This document shows positions 1 through 13,666 of a DNA stretch of 64,000 nt, piece by piece (position 1 is the first letter of the stretch; every line of letters begins with the position of its first letter). Source of the DNA: Veleropilina oligotropha (taxonomy: Eukaryota); the NCBI GenBank assembly GCA_048128005.1, contig JBEUKZ010000063.1, positions 1 through 64,000 of the forward strand, in the 5' to 3' direction. The position numbers and the translations under genes are program-made. The notes beneath the pieces were generated by a model, which was not told the DNA's origin, ran no database searches, and saw only the letters and a program-made list of their open reading frames with translations.

Positions 1-906
1 GTCAGGGCCGTAGCTATCATGAGGACAGGGGGGGGGGGGGGGGGGGGGGGCAACGGCCCTGACACCACGAAATTAAGCCAAAGAACATCGATCGAATACG
101 TTTTATGAATGCACTAGAAAGGTGATATTGATCACAACAAATTCAATTCAATTTCAATCGTCAAGAATATTGCGAAATCTGGAAAACGCGGACGTAAAAC
201 TAAAGTGATTCACATAAATAAACGCTTAGAGTGCAGGAGAGGCCGTTTCGTAGGAAGGAATCCAAAATTTTCTTGTGCGTTCGGGAACCATGGTCCCCAA
301 CGGACAACCGTTGACTTACGGTTCCGTTAATGACATGGGCCCTGGGTGCCCTTTTGGGACTGGCCCGACCCCCGACCCCTTTCGAAATTCCTGGATCCGC
401 CCCTGCATGTACATTGAATTTTGTATGCTATGACTTTCGGGAGGTAAACGATCTTACCTGGATGTCTGCTCCTATTATTTCAACTAAATATTGGTCGTTA
501 TTTTCTGTATTTTCCCATGACCGTGGCCATGTTTTTCTGATCCGGGTAATCGCAAATAGTAAAAATAGTCCTGTGTACACAATGGAAAATGACCTTTTGT
601 GACACGCTCTACCATTGGATGTTATTCTGATTCATTGATTAAATTATCCAATGAAACAATCAAAAATTTGAAAGTCGTTATAAACAGTATGTATTATCGT
701 TTTTAATACACACTTTGGCGCTATGTAAAAAGACCCGGATATGTGATAAAATGTAATACATTCCTATTCAACTGTTTCTACATGCAATTATATAGCAATA
801 AGTTCAATGAATACACACATGCCATGTTTGCTCATGTATTGTGCGGTTGGGCGGTACGATAGAAGGTTGACGCCGAAAACACGCTATATAAAAGAGGCTG
901 TAGTTT

Positions 907-1255
<349 letters not shown>

Positions 1256-1986
1256 AAGGATGCAAGTGTGTGGTAGTGGTCGCAATACTTACCGATCGCA
1301 CAAGTATCCGCTGATTTTATTCTTATCGGCCAGCTGTTTTCGTCGTCAATCGAAATTATCATTTTTTCTTTGACTTTTAATAAGCAACATGAACAGAAAG
1401 TGACAGAATAATGAGAAACAAAATTAGGCATTCTAGCTGTTTCTTAAAATCTTTTGGTTCGAAATTGAAAACCCATGTATGCGAAATACCATATCACATC
1501 ACGAGACAAGCCCAAACTGGACTATTTCAGTATAATATATATATTATAGACCTATATATGCGTATCTACCACGTGAACAAAGTTGCCTCGAGATAGAAAC
1601 ATTACTTGGATCTATTTATAGCATTACGGACATGCTAACTTGGAAATGCGGCATGACAAAAATAGATCCAATACAATATTGCACAGCACAATAGGGAAGG
1701 TTGTAAGCCGTTTCGCTACCAGATGCACAGGAGATTAGCCTATGGGCCGGATACCCACAGCCCACCTGAAGGAATACCCTACCAGCGTGGGTCGTGGTGC
1801 CCCTTACATACCAGTTTACCTGTATAACCCAATAGGTATTTCCCCGCCAGTTTAAGGATACCCACAGCCCGCCCCGAACGTGCAGTCTATGTCTGGATAA
1901 GAGGGTATGTTTCTGTCCAATTGACGGGTAGTACTAGTCTACCCGGACAGAGGCGGCGGAACGATTTTCACATTGGGGGGGCCCTA

Positions 1987-2244
1987 CAGGGGCGGATCCA
2001 GACAATATGTTTGACTACTGCCCTATGGATTGAATGCCTGAACATACTCCTAATCGGCGTGGGGTCTGGGGCCCGCACTAGGGCCCCACCAGAAAATTTT
2101 AGTGTTTTTGGATGCCTTTTAAGCAATCTGAAGCTTCCGATTTTAATAATATCATTAAATTTTAATTTTGGATTTTTCACACATTTGCTATAAAATCTTA
2201 CTACCGCCCGGGCGTAGGTGGCCGGTACCGTGGATCCGCCCCTG
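1987..2244. mobile_element. MITE with CAGGGGCGGATCCA TIRs and a 5-bp TSD (hAT5-like)
   Basis: TSD CCCTA at 1982-86 and 2245-49. A related end ggatccgcccctg lies at ~405. Confidence 0.75.
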
Positions 2245-3018
2245 CCCTAAACAAGACTCTTTGCCTTACCACCATGTTAGGGGGGTATCTTTAACCAAGG
2301 CAGCGTGAGCGGCCGTAGGCCGCGAACATCTAGGGGGGTTTGGGGGCATTTTTTTAATTTAGAAGCTCTGAAAAGCGTTCTCCTGCATTATAGGACAAAA
2401 ATTGACATTTTTTTGCCTCAAAATTTCATGTTTGCAGAGGAGAAATTATTAAAAACATGTTAAAATATTCGATAATAATAGTACTATCCCACATATTTTG
2501 CTGCATTCTGGAATATAAATTTACTACGTACTTCGTTTGTTCAATACTATTTTTACCGACACTATATTACGGGCATGGTTTACAAGTGTTCTAGGGAGGA
2601 ATTATGATGGCGAATCGCTGATAAGATAACGAAATAACTTGTTCAACTGCAGCAATTGTCTAGCTAATGCCGGAAATCTCGCATTGAAATGTCTTTATAT
2701 TGATTACGCTTACAAAACTATGAACGAAATAGCTAGGGCCAACTTTGCAAGTGATAATTATTCGCGAAATCGACCATGGCAAAGATTGTGATAGTGTGAT
2801 GACGTTAGCATTCAGCTTATGCGAGGGTACTTGCTTCAAAAATATTAGAGGGGTAAATACCCCCCTTAACTGTCGCGACGCCCCTGCACCCATTCGCACA
2901 ATCTTCAAAGCATCAACTGCGAAACTCTTATACTGCCTGTCTTTAATGCCAGCATTAGGATTATGTTACGTTAATGACAACACTGCCAACACTTCTATCT
3001 AACGCTCATTACAATTAT

Positions 3019-3260
3019 GGGGGCAGCGTGGCCGAGTGGATACGGTGCTGGTTCGCAAACCAACGTGTCGTGGGTTCGAGCCCCGGGAGCGCCGGAATTT
3101 TTCCCATGCATCGCTGTCCCATTACATACAACACCATCTGCAAATCACAGATCTACTCACATAGCACCAAATGATCTCATCAAGTTGATTGACCCGATGT
3201 ATAACTGAAATACTGTTGGCGTGGTCCGTTAAACATCAATTCATCATCATCATCATCATC
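3019..3260 (+). mobile_element. tRNA-derived SINE (Meta-SINE-like)
   Basis: A box TGGCCGAGTGG, B box GGTTCGAGCC, 3' segment tataactgaaatactgtt..cgttaaac and a (CAT)n tail. Confidence 0.8.
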
Positions 3261-3592
3261 ACAATATTTCTCCCTACTTGTAATACGTTATTAATTTAAT
3301 ACTTCCAAAATATTTGGGCCCCTAGATATTTGTATTGGGGGGGGGGGGCCGGCCCCCCCTGGCCCCCCCCCCCGGTTCCGCCGCCTCTGCATGGATAAGT
3401 AAATATCAACACCGCAACGATTTATAGGCTTGCCATATATGGTGTCGTGGCCACTACGAACGAATACGAATGAACAAGAAGCCGTCCCGACAACGTTACC
3501 ACTCTCATACGATACTGCTGGCAACTACTATAGTCCAAGAGCTATGACCCTTTGAACTAATCGGGGAGCGCCAAATATAAAGACACTTCATT

Positions 3593-4760
3593 GTTACCTT
3601 CGCCCACGTAGTGGTGGGAGAAGGTATTGCAATCGAGTCGGTTTGTCTGTGTGTCTGTCTGTCCGCGAGCATATCTCGACAACCGTTACTCCAATCAACT
3701 CAGTTTTTTCACACGAGATAGGGTCCACTCTACGCTCGGTCCTCCTCAAAGATGGTCGGAATCGGAATTCCGCAATTTTTTATTTTGGGGAAAAGCATGC
3801 AGATTCCGAAAATCCATTTTTTGCAAGTCACGCCACATGCAAACGTGGTCCAAGAAGCCTTTGAACATGTAGGGGTGATATTATTTTCTACCACATTTTT
3901 GTACTTTAATTTAGAGGGTATGGTTGCTTAACTATTATATATACGTCGGTACTATTAGGCTAGTCATGGGATGCTAAATACTATTGGAAATATAATTCAA
4001 TTGCCTTTCCCATAGTGTATCAGGATTCAATATATGATGGTTATTCGCCTCAATATGCGTGTTCAAGCTTTATATTCCACTCCAATATATAAATTATTGA
4101 GAAAAGACCCATATATTACCAAAAATTCCATTTTAGTTGACACAAAGCTTACATGCTTGTATGCATTTACCTGTTATATGCATGTCGTGATCCCTGAATT
4201 TTTGTTAAAATGATGTCTAGAAACCAACATTAACTAAAAGCACATTAAAATGAGAAAATCCAAGATGGCCGCCATAACACTGACAGAACAATTTGAAATT
4301 TTAACATGCTTGCACTCTGACGAGATAAAGAAGGGGCTATAGGTCACTTTGACAGTATTACTGATTTAAAGAATGCATTTTCATAAATATTTATTGGAAA
4401 CAACACACTGTTTCAAGATGGTCAATGCGAAAATCCAATATTGCCGCCATGACATTGTATGAAAATTGACAGTATTCAATATTATTGCACTCTTGTGAGA
4501 TTAAGACAGGATTTTTAGACTGACAGGTTTACTAATTTTAAGAAAACATTTTCATCAGTATTTGTTCTAACTTAACACATTGTTTCCAGATGTATAATAT
4601 ATTGAACACGGTTCCATTAATATGTTTTTGAAACAAGTACACTGTTCCAAGACAGATAATGAGAAAATCCAAAACGGAATCAACAAAACTGCATGAAAAT
4701 AGGCAAAACACAATATCATTGCACTCTGACGAGCCAAAGACAGTATTTTGGACATGATTT
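3593..4760 (+). repeat. HINE-like 5' end followed by degenerate repeats (aatccaagatggccgccat; ttgcactctgacgag)
   Basis: 5' hairpin accttcgccca..tgggagaaggt, (gtct)n tract and repeated motifs. Confidence 0.45.
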
Positions 4761-4954
4761 TTTCTCGATGACTGATCTACTAGATGGTAGAAGTAATGTA
4801 ATACAATCATTTCAGTTTTGAAGAGGTTGATTTTCACCATTACAAAAGATGGTATCCAATCAGCATCTGAGATCTGACAATTCCGCAGGTTCATTGCACA
4901 ATGTGGACCGATATCTTGTGATCTGCACGGTATATTACACGCCTTCCATTCATT

Positions 4955-6230
4955 AACAAATCGTATTTCTTTATTATTACCGTGAGCAATTCATCTCATT
5001 GGTTTTACAATATGTATAGTATACAGAATGTGCAGGTTGGTTGCAAACATAGATTGGTGATACATAATTGTTAATCCAACATGTTATTACATAGAAATAA
5101 CTTTGCTCATTAGATTATTGCATACAGTTAAATAGATACATGTGACAAGATATTTACTATAGTTAAAAAGCAGTATTGATTATACAAATATGTATTGTAT
5201 ACATAAATTTTAAACATACTATGATCCATCGAAACAAACAAGATATAATTGTATACACATATAAAATCAATGGATCTGAGTTAATATGGAAGTAGTTTGT
5301 GTGATAAACACAGTTACTACAACATTTATAATAATAATAATACAACTAGTTAATAGAACAATAGGTATTAATAGAGAGGGGGTTCAGTTATAATTTATAA
5401 TGTGGCTAAACGGACATATTTTCCTAAGTTTCTTAATTGTTTGGTGCTTGTACAGTTGAGGAGAGTTATTAGTTTGTACGCAGAAGGTCTAGTATAATAA
5501 TATTTCTTTATGAATTTGTGTTTTAGTTCACTATATAAAGGACAAATTAAAATAGAGTGGAATTCGCGATCGTCTTCTATTACAGATGGGTTGCATACGC
5601 AAGTTCTGGTTTGCCTTTCAATGTTCTGATATCTATCACTTTCTATGTTTAGTTTATGAGATGATATGCGATACCTGGTTATAAATGATAAATCTTGTTT
5701 TGCAATTGGTCCAGTTAAGTATATATTTTAAAGAGGTTTCCGTGAGATGTTTATATAATAAACATTTTTAGATCCTCCAACGAACGTAAATATGGAATGT
5801 AAAAATATGTCATTAAGTCGTTGTTTTACTATGTTTAGCAGTACAGTATGTTCCATGTTGGCATGAAACCATATATATAACCTAACTCAAGCCTTTGAAG
5901 TTCCCTTCGAACACACGAGAGCCAGTTGCCGCTCTCTATATTTGACAGCATATCGTTATACCATGCTCTCATTATTATATTATTAGTGGCTTACAGTTTC
6001 AACCAGTATTTAATAATTCGCACTTTTCGTACAATGTGTCGGGGTAATCTTCCTAATTCGTTATAAACAAATAAATTCATTGCCCTTTTCCCAACATTGA
6101 GTGTTTGTTTGCAGAATTCCAAATGAAGTTTTTCTATCTCGGGTGCAGGATGAAAACCCCAGACCTCACACCCATAACTGACCACAGTATCAACATAAGT
6201 GTCAAAAGCAGAAGAGAGTGACCCGTTCGA
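4955..6230 (-). mobile_element. 3' fragment of a non-LTR retrotransposon (RTE-X-like)
   Basis: YGCEVWGFH..IEKLHLEFCK..VYNELGR..IIKYWLKL, followed by a degenerate C-terminus and an AATAAA-containing tail. Clade assignment is from recalled motifs. Confidence 0.7.
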
Positions 6231-6239
6231 TTTTGTTTA

Positions 6240-6675
6240 AGCTGTTAGTTTTGATTTGGTGACTGTTGGATGCATTTTAGGCTGTTCGTATAAACATTGA
6301 TGACCGTTCGTTTGAACATTGATGACTGTTGGATTTAGATTAGGCTGTTTGGTTTGATTCGGTGACTGTTGGATGCATTTTTGGCTGTTCGTATAAACAT
6401 TGATGACCGTTCGTTTTACCATTGATGACTGTTGGTTTTGATTCGGTTACTGTTGGATGTATTTTTGGCTGTTTTACATCGATGACTGTTTTGATTCGGT
6501 GACTGTTGGATGCATTTTTGGCTGTTCGTATGAACATTGATGACCGTTCGTTTGACCATTGATGACTGTTGGATTAATTTTAGACTGTTTGTTTTGATTC
6601 GGTGACTGCTGGATTTATTTTTGGCTATTCGTATATGCATTGATGACCGTTCGTTTGACCATTGATGACTGTTAA
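6240..6675. repeat. Compound minisatellite (gatgactgttgg / gatgaccgttcg subunits)
   Basis: Repeated ttgattcggtgactgttggatgcatttttggctgttcgtataaacattgatgaccgttcg. Confidence 0.85.
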
Positions 6676-6799
6676 TTGTTACTATGATTTTTTATTTGAT
6701 TTTAACGTATGTATACCCATTTTGCTGCCCATAGAATAGGCCTACCGGTAATAAACAAGCATTATCGTATACAAATTTTTGGGTTAAAAGTTATTACTT

Positions 6800-9700
6800 C
6801 TTTAAATAGTAAATAATTAATATTGTTTATAATATGATGCTAAGTAACTTGGTGAACTATCCCGAAAAATCGAATTGGGTTAAATTAGTCCGGAATCTCT
6901 TAAATAATTTGGGCTTTTCGTTTGTTTGGTTAAACCAAGGAGTTGAAAATAGTGTTATATATGTTCCTGAATATATTGAAAACTAGACCGAAAGACGTTT
7001 TTATACAAGATTGGCGACGTAGATTAGGTAATTCTACCAGAGCTAGGCTATACACAAATTTAACGGATTGTTTAGGAATAAAACAATATTTAAATTGTGT
7101 AAACATTGGACAGCTTTAGACAAAATTAAACAAGATTAAGGACATCGTCTCCAAGTGGAAGATGGAACAGACCAGTCCCCACACCTTTACCTGAGAGGAT
7201 TTGCCTCGAATGTAATATTTTGGAGAATGAATTCCATTTTTGTATTGGAATGTGATATGCATAATGAACTAAGAAAGCGGCCCATTCCAAAATATTATAG
7301 GCAACCCGCGAGTGTTGCCAAGTTTCTGGAATTACTAAATTGTACTAATTCAACAACTATATTAGAAACCTAGCGGCATATGTTTATCATGAAGCGGAGA
7401 AATGAAATCTTGTATAACTAATTTGTACATGTTATACTATGACGTCTACCATTGCTCGATGACATGGTTACGGGGATACCCTCGTCTGTAAATGCTGTTA
7501 TAATATGATGTCTACCATTGCTCGATGACACGGTTACGGGGATACCCTCGTCTGTAAATGCTGTTATACTATGACGTCTACCATTGCTCGATGACATGGT
7601 TACGGGGATACCCTCGTCTGTAAATGCTGTTACAATATGATGTCTACCATTGCTCGATGACATATTTACGGGGATACCCTCGTCTGTAAATGCTGTTATA
7701 ATATGATGTCTACCATTGATCGATGACACGGTTACGGGGATACCCTCGTCTGTAAATGCTGTTATACTATGACGTCTACCATTGCTCGATGACATGGTTA
7801 CGGGATACCCTCGTCTGTAAATGCTGTTACAATATGATGTCTACCATTGCTCGATGACATGGTTACGGGGATACCCTCGTCTGTAAATGCTGTTATACTA
7901 TGACGTCTACCATTGCTCGATGACATGGTGACGGGGATACCCTCGTCTCTAAATGCTGTTATACTATGACGTCTACCATTGCTCGATGACATGGTTACGG
8001 GGATACCCTCGTCTGTAAATGCTGTTATACTATGACGTCTACCATTGGTCGATGACATGGTTACGGGGATACCCTTGTCTCTAAATGCTGTTATACTATG
8101 ACGTCTACCATTGCTCGATGACACGGTTACGGGGATACCCTCGTCTCTAAATGCTGTTATACTATGACGTCTACCATTGCTCGATGACATGGTTACGGGG
8201 ATACCCTAGTCTCTAAATGCTGTTATACTATGACGTCTACCATTGCTCGATGACATGGTTACGGGGATACCCTCGTCTGTAAATGCTGTTATAATATGAT
8301 ATCTACCATTGCTCGATGACATGGTTACGGGGATACCCTCGTCTGTAAATGCTGTTATAATATGACGTCTACCATTGCACGATGACATATGGTTACGGGG
8401 ATACCCTCGTCTCTAAATGCTGTTATACTATGACGTCTACCATTGCTCGATGACATGGTTACGGGGATACCCTCGTCTGTAAATGCTGTTATAATATGAT
8501 GTCTACCATTGCTCGATGACACGGTTACGAGGATACCATCGTCTGTAAAGGCTGTTATACTATGACGTCTACCATTGCTCGATGACACGGTTACGGGGAT
8601 ACCCTCGTCCGTAAATGCTGTTATAATATGATATCTACCATTGCTCGATGACATATTTACGGGGATACCCTCGTCCGTAAATGCTGTTTTAATATGATGT
8701 CTACCATTGCTCGATGACATGGTTACGAGGATACCATCGTCTGTAAAGGCTGTTATACTATGACGTCTACCATTGCTCGATGACATGGTTACGGGAATAC
8801 CCTCGTCCGTAAATGCTGTTATAATATGATATCTACCATTGCTCGATGACATGGTTACGAGGATACCATCGTCTGTAAATGCTGTTATAATATGATATCT
8901 ACCATTGCTCGATGACATATTTACGGGGATACCCTCGTCCGTAAATGCTGTTATAATATGATATCTACCATTGCTCGATGACATATTTACGGGGATACCC
9001 TCGTCCGTAAATGCTGTCATAATATGATGTCTACCATTGCTCGATGACATATTTACGGGGATACCCTCGTCTGTAAATGCTGTTATAATATGATGTCTAC
9101 CATTGCACGATGACACGGTTACGGGGATACCCTCGTCCGTAAATGCTGTTATAATATGATATCTACCATTGCTCGATGACATGGTTACGAGGATACCATC
9201 GTCTGTAAAGGCTGTTATACTATGACGTCTACCATTGCTCGATGACACGGTTACGGGGATACCCTCGTCCGTAAATGCTGTTATAATATGATATCTACCA
9301 TTGCTCGATGACATATTTACGGGGATACCCTCGTCCGTAAATGCTGTTTTAATATGATGTCTACCATTGCTCGATGACATGGTTACGAGGATACCATCGT
9401 CTGTAAAGGCTGTTATACTATGACGTCTACCATTGCTCGATGACACGGTTACGGGGATACCCTCGTCCGTAAATGCTGTTATAATATGATATCTACCATT
9501 GCTCGATGACATATTTACGGGGATACCCTCGTCCGTAAATGCTGTTTTAATATGATGTCTACCATTGCTCGATGACATATGGTTACGAGGATACCATCGT
9601 CTGTAAAGGCTGTTATACTATGACGTCTACCATTGCTCGATGACATGGTTACGGGAATACCCTCGTCCGTAAATGCTGTTATAATATGATATCTACCATT

Positions 9701-9985
9701 GCTCGATGACATATTTACGGGGATACCATCGTCTGTAAAGGCTGTTATACTATGACGTCTACCATTGCTCGATGACATATTTACGGGGATACCCTCGTCC
9801 GTAAATGCTGTTATAATATGATGTCTACCATTGCGCCATGACATGGTTACGGGTATACCATCGTCTGTAAATGCTGTTATATGTAAACTATATGATATAT
9901 TATATGCCTCCATGTATTTGTAATATTGTTTCCAAAGGACCATTATTACCATATATGGACTGAAATAAAGCATTACTATATTTGC
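6800..9985 (+). mobile_element. 3' fragment of an RTE-X-like LINE whose 3' UTR contains a 66-bp tandem array
   Basis: NWVKLVRNLLNNLGFSFVWLNQGV and FVLECDMHNELRKR peptides. The AT-rich UTR resumes after 9881 and ends with AATAAA at ~9964. Confidence 0.65.
7430..9881. repeat. 66-bp tandem repeat (minisatellite/satellite), about 37 copies
   Basis: Unit gttacggggataccctcgtctgtaaatgctgttata(a/c)tatga(t/c)gtctaccattgctcgatgacatg, head-to-tail with no spacers. Confidence 0.97.
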
Positions 9986-10129
9986 CTCGGCCTACCCAAC
10001 CGATCTGAATGAGTGCCAGGTTAGAAGATTTCCAAGCGATTTATGGTAATCCACATATGAGATGACAGCGTCAGTGTCTTGCATTAACTGCGATCACGCG
10101 AGTGAATTGAGAGCTACGCTCTTATGCGC

Positions 10130-10382
10130 TGGTCGCTCCGGCAGTCGTGTGGTTTTGGTTGCAGACTCTGAAATCACTGGCTTGATTCCGCTAACACGAA
10201 CAGTAGTTGTTTTGAATCTCGGTTGAGACATTGCATTATTTGTTCAGTTATGAATCACAGTTGTCAGTAACTGGACGGAGAGGTCGGCTTTCCCCGGGTG
10301 ACCAGGCTTTCCTCCAGCGATAATATGTGCATGTTTCATGCTTTGAACATGATGTCAATAGCATCGATCCAATCCAATCATA
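10130..10382 (+). mobile_element. Degenerate tRNA-derived SINE, family 2
   Basis: Homologous to the inverted copy at 18520-18780 (ttgtcagtaactgg..ggagag..ttcccc..ctttcct). Confidence 0.6.
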
Positions 10383-11340
10383 ACCACTGACACCAGATGA
10401 AATCAAACACTCTAAATGATACTAGTATGTTTTTTTCCGGCGAGGGAGATACATCATCTATGCAATATTTGTAGCAGCAATCGTTGTCACAACCAAGCAC
10501 TACATGATCAGATCGAATTTGTCCCACTGGCGCGAACATATTATTCCCGTATACGGAAGGGCACTCGCCGGGAGGATTTCATCAAGAAATTCTGGATCCA
10601 GACTTCCGTCCCCGACCAAGGACTGGCTTTAAAGAGACGTATTATAGCCATACACGCTAATCCACACAAAGTCAAACCATACACCATAGTCTTAGCAGTG
10701 TACCAAAAATTCAGTATTACTGCTGATATCCAAATGGTAATAGTGCATGTGATGTACGGTACTACCGACTATATACTGCAGCATATAATATCATTGGCTA
10801 AGTTAAAAAGAAGTACAATGTGTAGAGTGGAATACTAAATTAATTCGATGCACGTTTTTCAAGCAGGCGGAACGCGGTGGTAGGACAAGAGCGAGCTATC
10901 AAACCACTCACTCTGGCTTCGAAAATATGCGACTTTTTACAATAATAATAAAGGGATTGTTGTGGTTTTATATTCTTGAGTATATTCCCCCATGCATGAT
11001 TATGATCCTGATCCAATCGCGATACCAACTAATTTCCATCTAAGAGATTCTACACATGGAAAACACCATGATGGATAACATTTGCGACAATTTCTGTCGC
11101 TGCCACCTTGCAATGGTGGTTATAGAAGGGGAAAGCCGCCATAAGTATCTCTAGAAAATGTAGAATTAATTTGTAAAATGGTAGTTAGTACATGATCAGA
11201 TCTAATTGGTCGATCAACGCGCACATATTTTTATTCCTTTACGGAAGCACACTCGTCGGGACAAGGCTTTCATCAAGAACCTCTGGATCCAGACTTCCGT
11301 GCGCTTCGATCATCGCTATGGTGCATTGTAGACTAAATTA

Positions 11341-13666
11341 ATTAGGGCTTCAAGCTCTTTCAAGCTTGAAGCCCTATTGAAATTGTACCGGTTATTATTC
11401 TTATTCTGACGTTTTTTTGTGGGCACTTTAGCGCGAAAACGGCTATAGCTACAGCTTTCAAAATTCATGTGTGCTTGGGCACATCATTGAAGCATTGCCT
11501 CGTTCTATTTTCAAGTTTCATGGCGCTAGTAGTCTGGCGGCCATCTTGAATTACGTCTCTTATTCTGACGTTTTTTGTGGGCACTTTAGCGCGAAAACGG
11601 CTATAGCTACAGCTTTCAAAATTCATGTGTGCTTGGGCACACCATTGAAGCATTGCCTCGTTCTATTTTCAAGTTTATGGCGCTAGTAGTCTGGCGGCCA
11701 TCTTGAATTACGTCATAAACTAGCTTCTTTTATAACTTTGTTAATATTTAACCTAGCGGGACATGATTAGTATATTCGGATGCCAGAGTCGCTTGTCAAA
11801 AATGTCTTGAGAGTGGATTTTTGAATTTTTAATTTAACCGGCGGCCATACTGAAATCAATTTAAAAATGGCTATATCTTGTTCTTATTCTGACGTTTTTT
11901 TGTGGGCACTTTAGCGCGAAAACGGCTATAGCTACAGCTTTCAAAATTCATGTGTGCTTGGGCACATCATTGAAGCATTGCCTCGTTCTATTTGCAAGTT
12001 TCGGGATTTTATTCTTTGGTCGTAATCTTCAATTTTGTAAAAAAATGACCTCTTTTCAAAAACGATATAAGTCTTACACGGCTTTCGAGATCGAGACAAA
12101 ATCTTCAAAGGCATGATCTAGACTATTGAGACAACAATCTCTTGGAAATGAAATTTTCATTTTTTTCAATGCTAAGATCGCTACGGGCGTCCTAATCTTG
12201 ACAAAATTTTGAAGTTTTTTCAATTTTTCATTTCTGCAGTCAAAATTCATGTGTGCTTGGGCACATCATTGAAGCATTGCCTCGTTCCATTTTCAAGTTT
12301 CGGGATTTTATGCTTTGGTCGTAATCTTCAATTTTGTAAAAAAATGACCTCTTTTCAAAAACGATATAAGTCTTACACGGCTTTCGAGATCGAGACAAAA
12401 TCTTCAAAGGCATGATCTAGACTATTGAGACAACAATCTCTTGGAAATGAAATTTTCATTTTTTCAATGCTAAGATCGCTACGGGCGTCCTAATCTTGAC
12501 AAAATTTTGAAGTTTTTTCAATTTTTCATTTCTGCAGTATCTTTCAATGCACTACACGAAATCTTTCCAATCTTTCAGGGTGAGTGCGCATCGATATCAA
12601 GTAATGTTTGCCGCAAAATTTTAGCCAATAAATGCCATGGTTTCGTCGCAATCTTTGATTTTTTGAAAACATTAAAATGCGCTTTTCTCAGAACTGAGTA
12701 GCGTGATCTTATCGACACTTGGTAGTTTTGACAAAGCATTATATCGGTATATGTTGTTCTAATGGAATACTTTGTGAGACAAATTAAAAAGGAGTTATGA
12801 AGACATTAAATTTAATATTAAATTGACTGTAACTTCTTTAATTTTCATTTATATGAAACGTGACGCAATTCATTTTATTCGTATCGAAAATATCTAATGT
12901 AATATCTATAGAATACATCGCTAAAATGAGTTGCTTGAGAGTTATTAGACTTAGTTTTTTTAGATGAATATTGCTTCATAGCGCCTCTAAAAATCGTCCT
13001 TTTTCTTCCAGATTTTCGCATAAAATATACTATATAAAGATCGTTATATTAGAGAATTGTGACAAGAATACAATAAGTACTTTCATTGTTTAAAAAATAC
13101 TATTTTAATTCCTCGTCTCATTTCGGCGCGACCAGCTCAGTGCTAATTGCCTTACCAGATGAAGTAGGCAGTTTATGAGCCTGTCTCTTTGAGGTGTCAT
13201 AAAGCCGCGCGGCAACCCTGTCCAGTGGACAGCAAGGCCCTTGAGAAGTTCTGCTATCAGGCTTAAGTAAACATTTAGCCAACAGAAGGCTACATGATTC
13301 ATTAACTGTTAATATATGGTGAAAACATTGATATTCTGTTGGTCAGTCCAGTTGCGCATTCATTATTATAGATACTTATTAATTTCCATCATAGGTTAAT
13401 GCACAAGATAATAGATTTCATAGCATCTAGGTTTCAAAATTTTCCGCCCCCCCCCTAGCACTTTCGGCGTAGAAATCTAAGATTGGCGGCATTCGATTCA
13501 GAGTGGCCATATGTATATCTTAAAATATAAAAAATATTTTTTTAAATTTAGTATTTTTTGTATTTTTTTTTTTTTTTAATTAAACATTTTTATTTTTTTT
13601 TATTTTAAGTCTTTTTTTATTTCGTTTATCTGATTGAAGCCCTCACAGCTGCTCGCAGCTTTAATT
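11341..13666 (+). mobile_element. Helentron-associated non-autonomous (HINE-like) element with internal duplications
   Basis: 5' hairpin agggcttcaagct..agcttgaagccct, 3' sub-TIR ttgaagccct and hairpin agctgctcgcagct; internal ~160-bp and ~300-bp direct repeats. Confidence 0.65.

Larger units (their letters stand above)
1948..3389. mobile_element. Non-autonomous DNA element with CAGAGGCGGCGGAAC TIRs (hosts a MITE and a SINE)
   Basis: cagaggcggcggaac at 1948 and gttccgccgcctctg ending at 3389. TSD is unclear. Confidence 0.6.

Noticed and set aside
3019..3095. tRNA-Cys(GCA)-like gene
   Set aside because: The acceptor stem is imperfect and the sequence continues into a SINE body and (CAT)n tail, so it is treated as a SINE head.
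7418..9973. 22-aa repeat protein ORFs or a CRISPR-like array
   Set aside because: Head-to-tail 66-bp units without unique spacers. Frames are broken by indels, there are no cas genes, and the context is eukaryotic.
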